Of a stretch of DNA of 64,000 nt, positions 11,155 to 22,450 are shown one piece after another. The first letter of the stretch is position 1; each line of letters starts with the position of its first letter. The notes below the pieces were generated by a model that had not been told where the DNA came from, did no database searches, and saw nothing but the letters and a program-made list of their open reading frames with translations. This stretch comes from Schizochytrium sp. TIO01 (lineage: Eukaryota; Protista; Bigyra: Labyrinthulomycetes). The translations under genes and the position numbers were made by a program. The DNA lies in contig SMSO01000031.1 in the NCBI GenBank assembly GCA_004764695.1, forward strand, positions 2,084,436-2,148,435, in the 5' to 3' direction.

Positions 11155-11952
11155 ATGATGCGAGATGCAGACACTCTCGTATACAAGCTCGTGCTCGTAG
11201 GCAATTCAGCAGTGGGCAAAACAAACCTGTTGGCGAGTTTCATGCACGAACAGAAACTTGAGAAAAGACGTCGCTCTGGCTTCGAGAAATCTCTCAATGG
11301 ATATGACGATCAGGAACCAGGTTTGCTAGATCATAGTAGCGGCGGCGGTATCTTCAACAAGCTTGAAGGTGGCTTCTCCGAAAACCATCCCCCGACAATC
11401 GGCTGCGAGTTTTACTCGGAGCAGATAACCCATCCCACAGATGGAGCCAAGATACAGCTGCAGATCTGGGATACAGCTGGTCAAGAGCGATACAGATCCA
11501 TCACGCCAGGACACTACCGCAGGGCAGTAGGTGCTTTGCTAGTCTACGATGTGACAAACCGCAAGTCTTTTGAGGCTTTGCAAAGCTGGGACAAGGAGCT
11601 TGCTGATTGGCCCCTGCATGAGTGCATCATGCTTGTTGGTAATAAAGTAGATTTGTATGATCCCGAAAACCCGGATCATGTATCACCAGAGGAGCATCAA
11701 AAAGCCCAGCAACAATTCATGTACAGGGGATCCATTCGTACTAGCGCCAAAACTGGCGAAAACGTTAACAATTGTTTCCTGAAGTTAGTCTTTCTGATCC
11801 ATCAGCATCAAGCTGCTTCGAGTGCAAAGAGCGACTATGATGTGCGTAACAGTCTCAACTTTCTCAAATCTTCCATCGAGCTTGACGATGACGAAACTGA
11901 CCCTGATGCCCAGGCCCAAAACAACAATCCTTGCGCAGGCTGCAACTCATGA
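11155..11952 (+). CDS. Rab-family small GTPase (Rab11-like) with an insertion of about 40 aa
   Basis: G1 GNSAVGKT, TIGCEF, IWDTAGQERYRSIT, YRRAVGALLVYDVT, GNKVD, TSAK; C-terminal cysteines in PCAGCNS. Confidence 0.92.
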   Translation: MMRDADTLVYKLVLVGNSAVGKTNLLASFMHEQKLEKRRRSGFEKSLNGYDDQEPGLLDHSSGGGIFNKLEGGFSENHPPTIGCEFYSEQITHPTDGAKIQLQIWDTAGQERYRSITPGHYRRAVGALLVYDVTNRKSFEALQSWDKELADWPLHECIMLVGNKVDLYDPENPDHVSPEEHQKAQQQFMYRGSIRTSAKTGENVNNCFLKLVFLIHQHQAASSAKSDYDVRNSLNFLKSSIELDDDETDPDAQAQNNNPCAGCNS

Positions 11953-13074
11953 TCCTCACTATTATAGTTGACCCTTCTATCGCTCTCCTTGTATGTGCTT
12001 TTGTGCCCTTTTCTTCAAAGATGCCGTTATTGATTTTTAGATACCTTGGCTTCTCTCATGACAGCTTTGTTTAGTTTAGCTTTTATACATTCCCCAATGA
12101 TGATTTTTCTTTTCGATTTGCTTCTCTGCTTTGCGCTTCCGACTCTGTATCTATATTTTATTGCTGCTTAAAATCCCATCAATCTAATTTTTTCACTCAC
12201 TGAGATCAATCAAGTTTTCTAGCATCAGTCACAAATTTGCTGTTACCTAAGCGGCTTGGTGCAAACACACATCTTAGTCTTCTAATGGTCCGCTATAGCC
12301 TGATCTACTTGGCTATGCGCCTGCTGTATCGCTCAACTCTACCAAATGTAGCACATACCTGAGAATGTTATAGAGGGTTGCCTTCTTGTTTTATATTTAG
12401 AGAAAGTAAGTTAAAAAATCAAAAACTGAATATGATTCTAAAAAGCAGTACTATACCATTGACAATTCATCTCAGCAGCAAGGTAACCGTGGATCTCAGG
12501 GTTCTCTCTAAAGTTACCTCAAGTACTTCCCCATGGCTATCTTGCTCACTCAAACTGTCGTTACTTACATGGCATGCATAGCTTCTACTAGAATAGGTAG
12601 TCAGGATCTACGTCTAATAGTGTCGCCTATATTTTAAAATATAAAAAACGCTACTATGGTTTTCAGCCCCCTTGTGTATTAGCATGATATTGGTCTATAT
12701 GTACTTTCTTTTTAATTAAAAATTAATCGTAACGGCTAGTTTTCGTGATTGACAACTAACTGTAACTCCAGAGTCCCAATCAACCTCAAATTCTACGTAA
12801 CTACGTGAGCACCCCATATATAAAAGGTCAGCTGGGCATTAGAACAAGCAGTATAGTTCTGGATGGGCTTGATGTTATGTTTGGCTGTACGCTGTTTTTT
12901 AATGTTAAAAAAACAAAAACAAAAAAACCAATTTTAGTAAAACTATAAAACTTGCACGTACATCTGTTTCACAATTGTAGTAAGAAAGTTAAAATTTAGT
13001 ATGTATCTACAATACTAGCGTTACTTTGACAATCAAAGGACATTACCATAGTACTAAAACGATCTGAGCCTGTC

Positions 13075-16000
13075 ATGGATGCGGGCTCAGCTCGGGCTGT
13101 ATCAGCGCCTGGCGGGCGTCGGCCTCGGCGAAATAACAAAGAGCAGCAGCAGCACCTAACCCAAAGACGACCTGCAACATCCCAAGGGTTCGGAACGAGG
13201 TCACCATACGAATCAAAATTGAATGATCAATACTCTATAGTCCCTGTTTCTATTGAAAAGCACATCACTTTGGCTGAACAAACAGGAGGTCGGCAAACAA
13301 AGAAGAAAGCCGGGATTTCAAAAAGAGAGGGACTGGACATTGCGAAACTTGGCAACGAACTAGCTGCATGTGAGGATTACCAGCCTGACCTCATCCTTCG
13401 TGGCATCCAATCAGGTCTTGAAATTACGAAATCATCGTCAGGAAATGTCAGAACCCAAGGCCCAGACCCCTTGAGTTTTCCAATTCAATTGCTAAACCGA
13501 TCTTATGACTTGCACCGTAGCTACAAACTTCAAAATCACCATCAATACAGTACTGATGCTCCATCGAGACATGCTGGCCAGCATTCAAAACCAGAGTTTA
13601 TGCTAAAACCAAGTTCTAGCGTTCCTTTTGGAAAACCTTGTAAAACTGTCAACCTGGAAGGTTGGAAAGCCTGCGCAGAATCGCTTGCAGCCATTGGACA
13701 TTCAAATCCACATGTGATAAGCTTTAAAGGCTGCTATGAGCTTCATTTAACTGGAATCGTTAGCTTGGTTTCCAAACTTCGGCTTACTCCAGGAAATTGT
13801 GCACTTCAGCATGTTGATCTATCAGGTTGGGTCGCCCCTGAGAAAGAAGTTGATACAGGCGTAGCGCTTTTGGTAGCCTGTGCAGGCGTATCACTTAAAT
13901 CTTTAGAGCTTTCGAATACTGAACTCAGTGACATAGGACTAGTTGCAATTGGCAAGAGGTGTGAGCATTTAACACATCTTGATGTGAGCTATTGTAAAAA
14001 AGTTACGGATGAAGGCATATCTGCAGTAATGCACCCCCCAAGCGTAAGGAAAGTTGCACGCTTGAGGACCCTAAGAATTGCCTTTTGTTCCAAGGTGCGG
14101 GGGCGTTGGAATCTCTTGGCAGGATTAGGCAATCGTGTAGAGCTTGGTCTTTGTGAGATAGAAAAGTGCGACCTCAATGGATGCAAACGGTTTGAAAGTA
14201 TTGGTATCTTGGAGCTAGCTCAAAGCTCGCAAGGGCATCTGCGAGAGATCAATGCAAATTACTGTAGCAATTTAGATGATACAGTCATTTTGCAAGCAGC
14301 CACATATTTACCACGGTTAAATAAACTTGAACTTCAAGAATGTCACAGAATAACTGATGAGGCGATGCTTGCATTGGCTACAAGCAATATTACACATCTG
14401 GAATCTATTAATATTTCTGGAACTCAAGTTACAGATATTGGTCTTTCAGCGCTTGCAGAAGCTTTCTCTTTTTCGCTTAGGGAATTGTATGCAAGCATGC
14501 CAAGACCAGTAAACTTTGTTCGGAATGCAAAACTACTTGAAGTAGGTACCGGGGCTCTCTCGCGGTTGTCATACTCGAAGGATGAGCAAAAGGCCATGCT
14601 TCAAGTTAGGAAACTAGCCGAACTTAAGCAGAGCCGCCGGGGCCGCTGGGTTGCCGCCCAAGCTTACTCTGCTCGAACTGGTGATGATGAATCAGATTTG
14701 GAAGTAATTGAGTCTCAAAATGCATTTCGTGCTCTGGACATCGAAAACCACACATTGTTTCCTGCAGACTCACTTATGCTCCTATGTCGTGGATCAGCGC
14801 AGTTTTTAGTACATCTTTCGGTGGCTGGAAATCAGACCATCACAGCCGAGCATTTAAGATCTCTTTTCCAAGCTTGTCCAAGGTTATCTGGTCTCAATCT
14901 CGCTCGATGTGAGCAAATCGGAGATTCTGCAGTGCAAGTGATTTGCGAATCTGGCTCTAATCTTATTCAACTTGATATTTCTCGTGCCGTGGACGAACAA
15001 CTGCCCCTGTCGATATCGAATCAAAAGCTTTCGTGGTTGATCCTCAAGTGCACTCAGCTTGTTCATCTGAAAGCTCGATACCAGCTTGAATTTTCCTTTA
15101 ACATCGGCGAACAACTCCAGCAAAAACTCAAACAGGAACAATATCACAGCGGCCTGTTTTCTTCGTCAGCATCAATGGAAAACATGGACTTAAGCGGCTG
15201 TATCAATTTAAAACGGGGCGGGATCGCTCGAATATTGCAAACATTTTCCAACTTGAAATCTCTAGAGTTGTCCTATTGTCCTCAAATTCTTTTGAGCGAT
15301 ATGGTAGCTGTGCGTAGGCCTGATTTACTCATCGCTGAAGCACCGGAATTTGGGTTTGTTCAGAATGAATCATCTTGGTTGCGCCAAAGTGTAACCCAAG
15401 CTTGGGTCGTGCGCAATCGTCTTGAAGAAGAAGCTGCACATAGGATTCAAAAACGCTACAGACTTTATAAAGCTGCACCTGTCACACTTGAATATTTGAT
15501 TTTGTGTAACTTGGTAGCCTCACAAGCTGCTGCAGAGGTCATTCAAAAACAATGGGCGCAATATCGGATCCGAAAACAAATACTGACTGCGGTTCATCGC
15601 ATTTGGGCAATTCGTGTTATGCAGCGATTCTTTCGCTGTCGCTTGTGGAGAAAGAGAGTGTATACAATGTTACAAGATGATGTGGCAAGAGAGCGTCGCG
15701 AGTGGCTTGCAGCCAAAATGAAAAGAGAATTCTTGAATAGCCGCACCATCCAAGTATGGTATCGCCGAATTCTTTGGGAAAGGTCTCCCGATGGATTATG
15801 GCACGCCGAGCTACAACGGCAGGCCAAAATCGAACTTGCTTGGCGCCGACAAACAAAATTATGGCGAGGGCAGTTTGCTAAAGTCTACCTTGAGGCAGCC
15901 AATGAGGCGCGTAGCCAACAAAGATTCCGAGCAGGCATGATGATTGCCAGTTTCGAGACCCCTATCAAGGCCAAGCGTGGTGCAAGAACACTTTTGTGTG

Positions 16001-19000
16001 CTTTCTGCCGGAGGGTGCGGTCTGATCTTTGGTGTGCATTGTGCCAGTACTCCTTATGCAATACATGTGCCTGGGGGCGTCCATCTCACCGGCGCCATGT
16101 TGAAGCTTGTCTTGACACGCGGCATTCCAATGACTTGTTTCGTTACATAACCGAGCCAGTTGAGACTGAAGAATTTACGAAGCGGCTGGGCATTGGGGAG
16201 TTTTTAGATGCGTTGCAAAATGTCAACATTGCGCTTGGCGAGGCAAGAGACTACATTGCCAAACGCCAAGCGGTGTTGTGTGAGCTCCGACGACGTTTTG
16301 CTGTTCGACATGAAGATAAGAAAAGACGCAAGGCTGAGGAATATCGTGAGCAGCAAAGGCGATTAGAAGATGCTGCAATTCTTGTTCAAAGAAATTTCAG
16401 AGCAAAACTCGGACGCCACGACTTTGCTGTAATGTCTGCAGCAGCTATGGCTCGACAGGCTGAAATTCAGAAAGTATTTCATGCCGACGCAGCAACTAAG
16501 ATTCAAGCGATGCTCCGAGGTATAGAGCCACGAAACCTTTGGCAGCGCTGTAAAGCTGGGCCTCTGCGTAGTTTCATCGACATCAAAAAGCAGCAAGCTG
16601 GAATGCGTAAAATATACGGTCCGTTCCTTCTAAAACTCTCCCGCCATGCTGCTCTTGCAAAACGTGCGAATGTAAGATGGCTTGTCGAGGAACTTCAAAA
16701 GGACCAGGCTACCTTCCGTACAAATGTTTTAGAGGTAGAGCTTTTACGCACACAAGAGCGTCTAGCTCGAGCTCGCGAGGCGTTTAAAATCGCCCAGCAA
16801 GACGCAGATATGGCTGCTCAGCGCGCAACAGAATTACTGAATGCAGATGTTGTATTACAGAAACGCTCGCGCCATGTTGCTGAAATTGCCACGGCTACAC
16901 ATGATCATGCACGTCAAACATTTGAATTACTTGATCGCCTAATTGTCATGATTGAGTCCAGCCTTGGGGAAGTTGAAGAGGAGCGCCTACGGCGAGCACT
17001 AGCGGTCTACACGTTTTGTCATGAAAGGGCCGATCACCTATTTGGACAGATCGAAAAACTCGAATTTCTCAAGAAGAATTTGCAGGAGCGAAAGGAAGAG
17101 ATTGTGACCTGCCTTAGTGAGCATCAGAGCGTGGCAAACTTATTTGACCGATATGGCGACCCGAAACTAATGCGTCTCACTCGCACCAAGAAAGAAATTG
17201 CGGCACGTCACGAATTTGACTGGATTTCGATAAAGCTAGGTGAGCGCCTTATTTCCGATGTCATGGCAGAGCGACGTATTGAAGAGGCCTCAGCTGCAAA
17301 CAACTCTGCGGCAGGTGGGCAAGTTAACCGTGAAGCCCTTGCGGCGAGGTCAGATTCACATATTCCTGCTGAAGTTGATCGCTACTGGGACGAAATTTAT
17401 CGAGTGCTCTCCTTTGTAGAACAATTTGTTATTGACTACGGCAAACTTGAGCAGAGAAGACGCGAACTTTTTAAGAAGCTTCTACCCACACACACATATT
17501 TATTAGCATTCTTTGACGAAGCTCGTGAGATGGCTATTGAACGCGCCAAGTTTGATCACCAAGGAAAACATGCGAAATCCTTACAAATTGCTAAACTAGA
17601 AACTGCGATTCGGGCAAAAATCATGCAGTTACACGACGAAATCAAAAGACCAGCACTTGATCTTGCTGCTGATCTTCGCAAGTGGGAGAGAAAATCCAAC
17701 GCTTTAGTGTTGCCTAGCTTGACCAAAGGGTACACTGTATCGATACCAGAAACTTGTATGGTGGAACATAAAGTTTCAATCAAGGGACTGTATCGCGAAA
17801 TAAAGTCTGCGGCCTGGACGTCGCTGCTCCCTGGACGATTCTTTGCAGATGAGCAAGCCCTTGATGCGGACCGCCAACTGCAAGCGCGAATTCAGGGCAC
17901 CTTAAATGCCCGAAAAGCGGAAGGAGAAGGCTCAGACGAAAGTTCCGACGAAGCGGGTGAAAACGACGATTCTGAGAACGAAGGCCAAGCAGCGGCAACC
18001 CAATCTGTCATTGATGACTCTCCAGCAGGACTTGCTGCTGCGCTTATTCGCGATGCTAAAATTAGACAAGACAATACTCTGTTCAGCCGTTTACGAAACT
18101 GGTGGAATCAGTCACGCGATGAAGCAGCCGCTTTGGAGCAAAGTGTTTTGCGGCGCCAGCGAACTTCAGCCGCAGTTTTCATCGCCATTGCCGCAGATTT
18201 TGCTTTCACAGTCGGGAGTATCGACTATTCCGAGATGCAACGTGAGCAAGCTCTCCGAGACGAGCAAGGCCTCCCCATGCTACGACCATACTCAAAGAAC
18301 ATAGGTAGTGATGTTCCAATTCACTTTTGGTTTCGCACAACCATGGAGGCCAGAGAAATGCTCACCGGATTGAAAATATCGCATGCCTCTTCAAAGTCCG
18401 AACTCTACTGGGAAGATCAACCTGGTTGGAAACGTACTGTACATGAAAAAATGAATGGAGATCCTCGTGCTCCAGCTTTGCAATTCTTGTATCAATCAGC
18501 CGATGGGATGATTAATGAAGCACCTTCACGATTTATAAAAGCGATCCGGGTCAGTACAAGCAAAGAGGACGAAAACCATTTTGCAGAAGAAGGGTTTGAG
18601 CGGATCGGTGAGGATTTGGGTACATATTTTCTTGTCCCAGAAGCATACTTTTGGATTCTATATGACTCTCCAGATGAAAATACCAAGGCGCTTTGTGAAT
18701 CAGAAGAGCGCGAGTTGCTGAATCGACAGGAGCTTGAGAAGAAAAAAGCCCAGATTGAGGCTATTCTCGAGAATAAACCTGAATCTAGTGGAAAATATCA
18801 ACGAATGCTTGTGGAAATTAATGGCAAGCTTGATAGGCTAGAGACTATTGAAGCCAAGGAACATCGAGAGCTTGTTGCACGTGCCGCAGAATTTCTTGCT
18901 TTAACTAAAAAGGAGCTCCAGAAGCTTGTTAGATTATTTGCAAGCATGGACAATGATGGATCTGGAAAGGTTTCTCATGAGGAGCTGCTTTCTTTCATTG

Positions 19001-19584
19001 GTGTTGACTCAACTGATGTTGCGATGCGGATTTTTAATTTTCTGGACGATAACCATGACGGAGAGATTGACTTTCCAGAATTCATGAACATTATCTCCAC
19101 ATTTTGCATGTTTGGCAATAAAGAGGTTGCACGGATGTGTTTCTCGTTTTTGGGTCCAAACGAAGATATGCAGGCTCCTGTCATGGCGGCACAACAATTT
19201 ATATCAAGTTTACATCAAGTTGATGTCGACGAGGTTCCTCTGTTGAAGGCATCCGTGGAATACTTGCGCAATCAGGCAACTGGTATGAATCTAATTTCGT
19301 TAGATACATTTTACACCATGAATAGATTGTACCCAAAGACACTGTACCCGGCCATGGTAATCCGCGATGCAATGCGCTCGCGCTTCATGGGTACGAGATG
19401 GTGGACCCGAAAGCTTGAGCGATACGCTAAGGCCCGTCAACAGCTTGAGTTAAAGCAGAAAAAGCAAAAACTCGAGCGGGAGCTACTCAAGGAGAAAGCC
19501 TTGAAACTCCCCGAAATTGTATCCAAGTCCCAGTCCTCCTCGTCTCTGTCTTCTTCTTCCTTGTCATCTGCTTCGTCAATTTAA
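13075..19584 (+). CDS. Large multidomain protein, 2169 aa: FBXL-type Cys-containing LRRs, IQ motifs, B-box-like Zn finger, coiled coil, C-terminal EF-hands
   Basis: LRRs such as LTHLDVSYCKKVTDEGI and LNKLELQECHRITDEAM; IQ-like IQKRYR, VQRNFRAKLGR, IQAMLRG; CAFC..CALCQYSLCNTC..H..H; EF loops DNDGSGKVSHEE and DDNHDGEIDFPE. Confidence 0.9.
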   Translation: MDAGSARAVSAPGGRRPRRNNKEQQQHLTQRRPATSQGFGTRSPYESKLNDQYSIVPVSIEKHITLAEQTGGRQTKKKAGISKREGLDIAKLGNELAACEDYQPDLILRGIQSGLEITKSSSGNVRTQGPDPLSFPIQLLNRSYDLHRSYKLQNHHQYSTDAPSRHAGQHSKPEFMLKPSSSVPFGKPCKTVNLEGWKACAESLAAIGHSNPHVISFKGCYELHLTGIVSLVSKLRLTPGNCALQHVDLSGWVAPEKEVDTGVALLVACAGVSLKSLELSNTELSDIGLVAIGKRCEHLTHLDVSYCKKVTDEGISAVMHPPSVRKVARLRTLRIAFCSKVRGRWNLLAGLGNRVELGLCEIEKCDLNGCKRFESIGILELAQSSQGHLREINANYCSNLDDTVILQAATYLPRLNKLELQECHRITDEAMLALATSNITHLESINISGTQVTDIGLSALAEAFSFSLRELYASMPRPVNFVRNAKLLEVGTGALSRLSYSKDEQKAMLQVRKLAELKQSRRGRWVAAQAYSARTGDDESDLEVIESQNAFRALDIENHTLFPADSLMLLCRGSAQFLVHLSVAGNQTITAEHLRSLFQACPRLSGLNLARCEQIGDSAVQVICESGSNLIQLDISRAVDEQLPLSISNQKLSWLILKCTQLVHLKARYQLEFSFNIGEQLQQKLKQEQYHSGLFSSSASMENMDLSGCINLKRGGIARILQTFSNLKSLELSYCPQILLSDMVAVRRPDLLIAEAPEFGFVQNESSWLRQSVTQAWVVRNRLEEEAAHRIQKRYRLYKAAPVTLEYLILCNLVASQAAAEVIQKQWAQYRIRKQILTAVHRIWAIRVMQRFFRCRLWRKRVYTMLQDDVARERREWLAAKMKREFLNSRTIQVWYRRILWERSPDGLWHAELQRQAKIELAWRRQTKLWRGQFAKVYLEAANEARSQQRFRAGMMIASFETPIKAKRGARTLLCAFCRRVRSDLWCALCQYSLCNTCAWGRPSHRRHVEACLDTRHSNDLFRYITEPVETEEFTKRLGIGEFLDALQNVNIALGEARDYIAKRQAVLCELRRRFAVRHEDKKRRKAEEYREQQRRLEDAAILVQRNFRAKLGRHDFAVMSAAAMARQAEIQKVFHADAATKIQAMLRGIEPRNLWQRCKAGPLRSFIDIKKQQAGMRKIYGPFLLKLSRHAALAKRANVRWLVEELQKDQATFRTNVLEVELLRTQERLARAREAFKIAQQDADMAAQRATELLNADVVLQKRSRHVAEIATATHDHARQTFELLDRLIVMIESSLGEVEEERLRRALAVYTFCHERADHLFGQIEKLEFLKKNLQERKEEIVTCLSEHQSVANLFDRYGDPKLMRLTRTKKEIAARHEFDWISIKLGERLISDVMAERRIEEASAANNSAAGGQVNREALAARSDSHIPAEVDRYWDEIYRVLSFVEQFVIDYGKLEQRRRELFKKLLPTHTYLLAFFDEAREMAIERAKFDHQGKHAKSLQIAKLETAIRAKIMQLHDEIKRPALDLAADLRKWERKSNALVLPSLTKGYTVSIPETCMVEHKVSIKGLYREIKSAAWTSLLPGRFFADEQALDADRQLQARIQGTLNARKAEGEGSDESSDEAGENDDSENEGQAAATQSVIDDSPAGLAAALIRDAKIRQDNTLFSRLRNWWNQSRDEAAALEQSVLRRQRTSAAVFIAIAADFAFTVGSIDYSEMQREQALRDEQGLPMLRPYSKNIGSDVPIHFWFRTTMEAREMLTGLKISHASSKSELYWEDQPGWKRTVHEKMNGDPRAPALQFLYQSADGMINEAPSRFIKAIRVSTSKEDENHFAEEGFERIGEDLGTYFLVPEAYFWILYDSPDENTKALCESEERELLNRQELEKKKAQIEAILENKPESSGKYQRMLVEINGKLDRLETIEAKEHRELVARAAEFLALTKKELQKLVRLFASMDNDGSGKVSHEELLSFIGVDSTDVAMRIFNFLDDNHDGEIDFPEFMNIISTFCMFGNKEVARMCFSFLGPNEDMQAPVMAAQQFISSLHQVDVDEVPLLKASVEYLRNQATGMNLISLDTFYTMNRLYPKTLYPAMVIRDAMRSRFMGTRWWTRKLERYAKARQQLELKQKKQKLERELLKEKALKLPEIVSKSQSSSSLSSSSLSSASSI

Positions 19585-20393
19585 CTCTTTCCTGTAAAAA
19601 AATGTTCCATATAGTTCGAATTGCACTTGTTCTTCAATTCCAATTTCACTTTCTCGTCGCTCTCACTGTCCGTGCTGACTTTGCCCCTCCTTCTGCTTGC
19701 ATCATTTCTTCTTCTTCTAGAATTTTGTTGCAAAGGACAAAGTTCTTGACCATCGTGATTATTATTGACATTCTGCGCCATGTTTGTGCACGTTTGAGGA
19801 GACGCCCGCAATAGCGTCCTTCTTCCCATTCATTCACATTACTGCACTACTGCAACTAGGCTAGGTTGGTACTTTTTTTCCACAAGCAATTATCAATCTA
19901 TATTCCTCCATCCTCGTCCTCATCCTCAAAGCCGAGAGCATGTTTGACAGCCTGCTTGCTCTACATGGGCCCCAAGAACAATTGAAGCTGCCCACAAGAG
20001 ACTGTGTACATTCAAAGCGTTGTAGCACGCTGGGCGACGCCTGCTCGTGCTGCTCGTAGCACTTTACCATGTCACCACACCACTACACTACTTCCGTTAC
20101 GAGAGATATTATTGCCGTACGCTTCATTAAAATTTGCATTTAAGATAATCTTTATTACAAGACACCCCTCATATGATTCTTGAGTTACTTTTTCCAAAGT
20201 TGCAATGTAATGGCCTCTATAGGCGTATAGAATATTTGGTTTTAACAATCTATTAATTGTACTATGCTACTAGAAAAGGAGGCCTAAATGTAGTTATTTG
20301 CTTTGAAGTTTGGTTGCTTTGGCGCGAGCAGAAAGCAAATCCAGATCGGCCTTGGCACTCCTCTTGGGCGTGTTGTCACTTCTACAGGGCAAG

Positions 20394-21800
20394 ATGGCGT
20401 ATGGTACGATCCTCGAGGAGGAAGAGCTCCTCATCTTCATTGTTGCCTTTGTTGCGGCTGCCTGGTATGCGCGAAAGGGTATCGCCGCGAGTCAGCGTTT
20501 CGTGCGCACAATGGTGACATTGACATTGGACAAGTTTGGCCTCATGCAATCTTATTTGCGGCCTCCGTTTCCGCTGGGCGTACAAGAGCTACTTGAGGAC
20601 CCTGTGGAACTATACGATCTTCTTTGCGAAGAGGGCTACGTGCCCGAAGATGCCAAGCTCGAATACGTCAAAAAGCTTCGCGGTGTGCAGGCTGAGCCGG
20701 ACAAAAACTCGTCCTCAACAGGCTTGTCATTTACGTACAAGCGTGGTGATGGCAACACTCTGCACAGCCTGGACGTGTTCACCAAGTTTCAGTCGGGACG
20801 TGGAATGCCTATGTGGCTTCAAGCTATCCGGGCTGCAGCAGAACCCGGCGTTGCCCGCGAGGTGGATTTCTACAACAAGTTGCAACCCGCAAGTACTTTG
20901 CGTACAGCCAAGGTCCTTTTTGCTGGCAAGGCTGTGAACGTCAACAGGGTCTGCATTGTTCTTGAATACCTTCAAATTGGTGCTGCTGGGAGCGGTGCAG
21001 GGGCTTCCAAAATGTTGCGCGTCGTGCCTGACCATAAGTTTGAGAACGTACCAGATATGGAACTTATGCTCACTAAGGTTGCCGCTATGCATGCCAAATT
21101 TTGGGGCTGTGCCGATACCACGGAGGAGTCTAGCTGGTTGCCCAAACGCCGTGGTGTCGAGTTTGCTGGCTGGGCACTTTCTTTGAATCCCCCAAAGCAG
21201 GGTGCGTCATATTTTGCTAAGCTTTTCAAGAGCATTGACAGGTATTTTTCCAAGGAGCCTCTTACGGTAGTACACGGTGACTGCCGACCTGGTAACATGA
21301 TCTTTGAGGGCATGCCACTCGCCAAGGATGTTATTTTCAGTGATTTTGAAGCGGTTAATATAGCTCCTGGTCTCTGGGACTTTGTGTATGCAACAGTTCT
21401 TGGACTGACCCCGGAAGCTCGACGCGAATACGGTGATCATCTGCTGCAGTCATATCACTCCGCATTAGACAGGGAACTCCAGAGCCGTCATAAGATCTCT
21501 GCCCCCTCCCTCGAGGCGCTCAAAGACCAAGCCCAGCTCCTCACCTTTGTCTTGTTCCTTGTTTCCCACACAGTGACAACTGCAGGCTACTGGAAAAACC
21601 AAGGTAACACAACGATGGATTTGCGTTCATGGGGTGAGCGTGTTCTTGCCAGTCTTACTGACACAGACATTGAACGTGTTTCTAAGCTTTTGGAGCTTAA
21701 AACACGTGATATTACGGAGGTTCACCTCATGGCACACAACTGGGCAGAACAGTATGAGTTACAGCCAGGTGACACCAAGGAAAACGAAAAAGATAAATAG
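20394..21800 (+). CDS. APH/choline-kinase/ecdysteroid-kinase-like (EcKL) small-molecule phosphotransferase with N-terminal TM anchor
   Basis: AREVDFY, Brenner motif VVHGDCRPGNMIF, DFEAVNIAPGLWDF; hydrophobic LLIFIVAFVAAAWYA. First ATG at 20394. Confidence 0.85.
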   Translation: MAYGTILEEEELLIFIVAFVAAAWYARKGIAASQRFVRTMVTLTLDKFGLMQSYLRPPFPLGVQELLEDPVELYDLLCEEGYVPEDAKLEYVKKLRGVQAEPDKNSSSTGLSFTYKRGDGNTLHSLDVFTKFQSGRGMPMWLQAIRAAAEPGVAREVDFYNKLQPASTLRTAKVLFAGKAVNVNRVCIVLEYLQIGAAGSGAGASKMLRVVPDHKFENVPDMELMLTKVAAMHAKFWGCADTTEESSWLPKRRGVEFAGWALSLNPPKQGASYFAKLFKSIDRYFSKEPLTVVHGDCRPGNMIFEGMPLAKDVIFSDFEAVNIAPGLWDFVYATVLGLTPEARREYGDHLLQSYHSALDRELQSRHKISAPSLEALKDQAQLLTFVLFLVSHTVTTAGYWKNQGNTTMDLRSWGERVLASLTDTDIERVSKLLELKTRDITEVHLMAHNWAEQYELQPGDTKENEKDK

Positions 21801-22450
21801 AGTGTTTTTACCCAATCAGAAGATTCCGATGTCAGCAAGCTCTTTTTCAATATCTCTATTTCTAAATATATGTGCATATATGTTCATTTTTCATTCATAT
21901 TTCCATCACAAAAAAAAACTGTATACATTATTTACTTAGGAATTGATCAAAGGAAGGTGAACATAAACTTTTCTTGGAATTTCTTTTGCCTTCAAATACT
22001 AGCTGCCAGCAATTTATTAGAAATCAAATTTAAATTCATTTAAAGCTTTCACACAGATGATTTGAAGAAAGAGATGATGAGCAAAACAATCAAACTATGA
22101 ACATGCATTGTAGGTTATCAGCACATTGGGTTCTCGTTTCAAACGTTAAATCATCCTGACTTCTGTGGTGCACTTTGTTTAAATGCAATACACGAAGAAT
22201 GAAGAGATAGGGGAAATGTACTTAAACGAACGAGAAGACTAAAAAAGAGAGAACATGCACATTCAACCAATATGACGTTTGAAATACCAATTTCCAGAGT
22301 ATATAACCTTGGTGGTCCTGTGTGTTATCTTGCTTGTTCTTCCAACACATCAATTCACTAACTTCATTGGCGCATTGACGTATATTACCAACAGGTTAAC
22401 TTTACCTACAAAAGTTGCTAAGAAAATTATGACAGGCAAGATTAAGAAGT

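Noticed and set aside
19500-20070. Minus-strand ORFs and an acidic antisense reading sharing TTAA with the stop of the 2169-aa gene
   Set aside because: The acidic reading is the expected antisense of Ser-rich codons; fragments are short, interrupted and motif-free.
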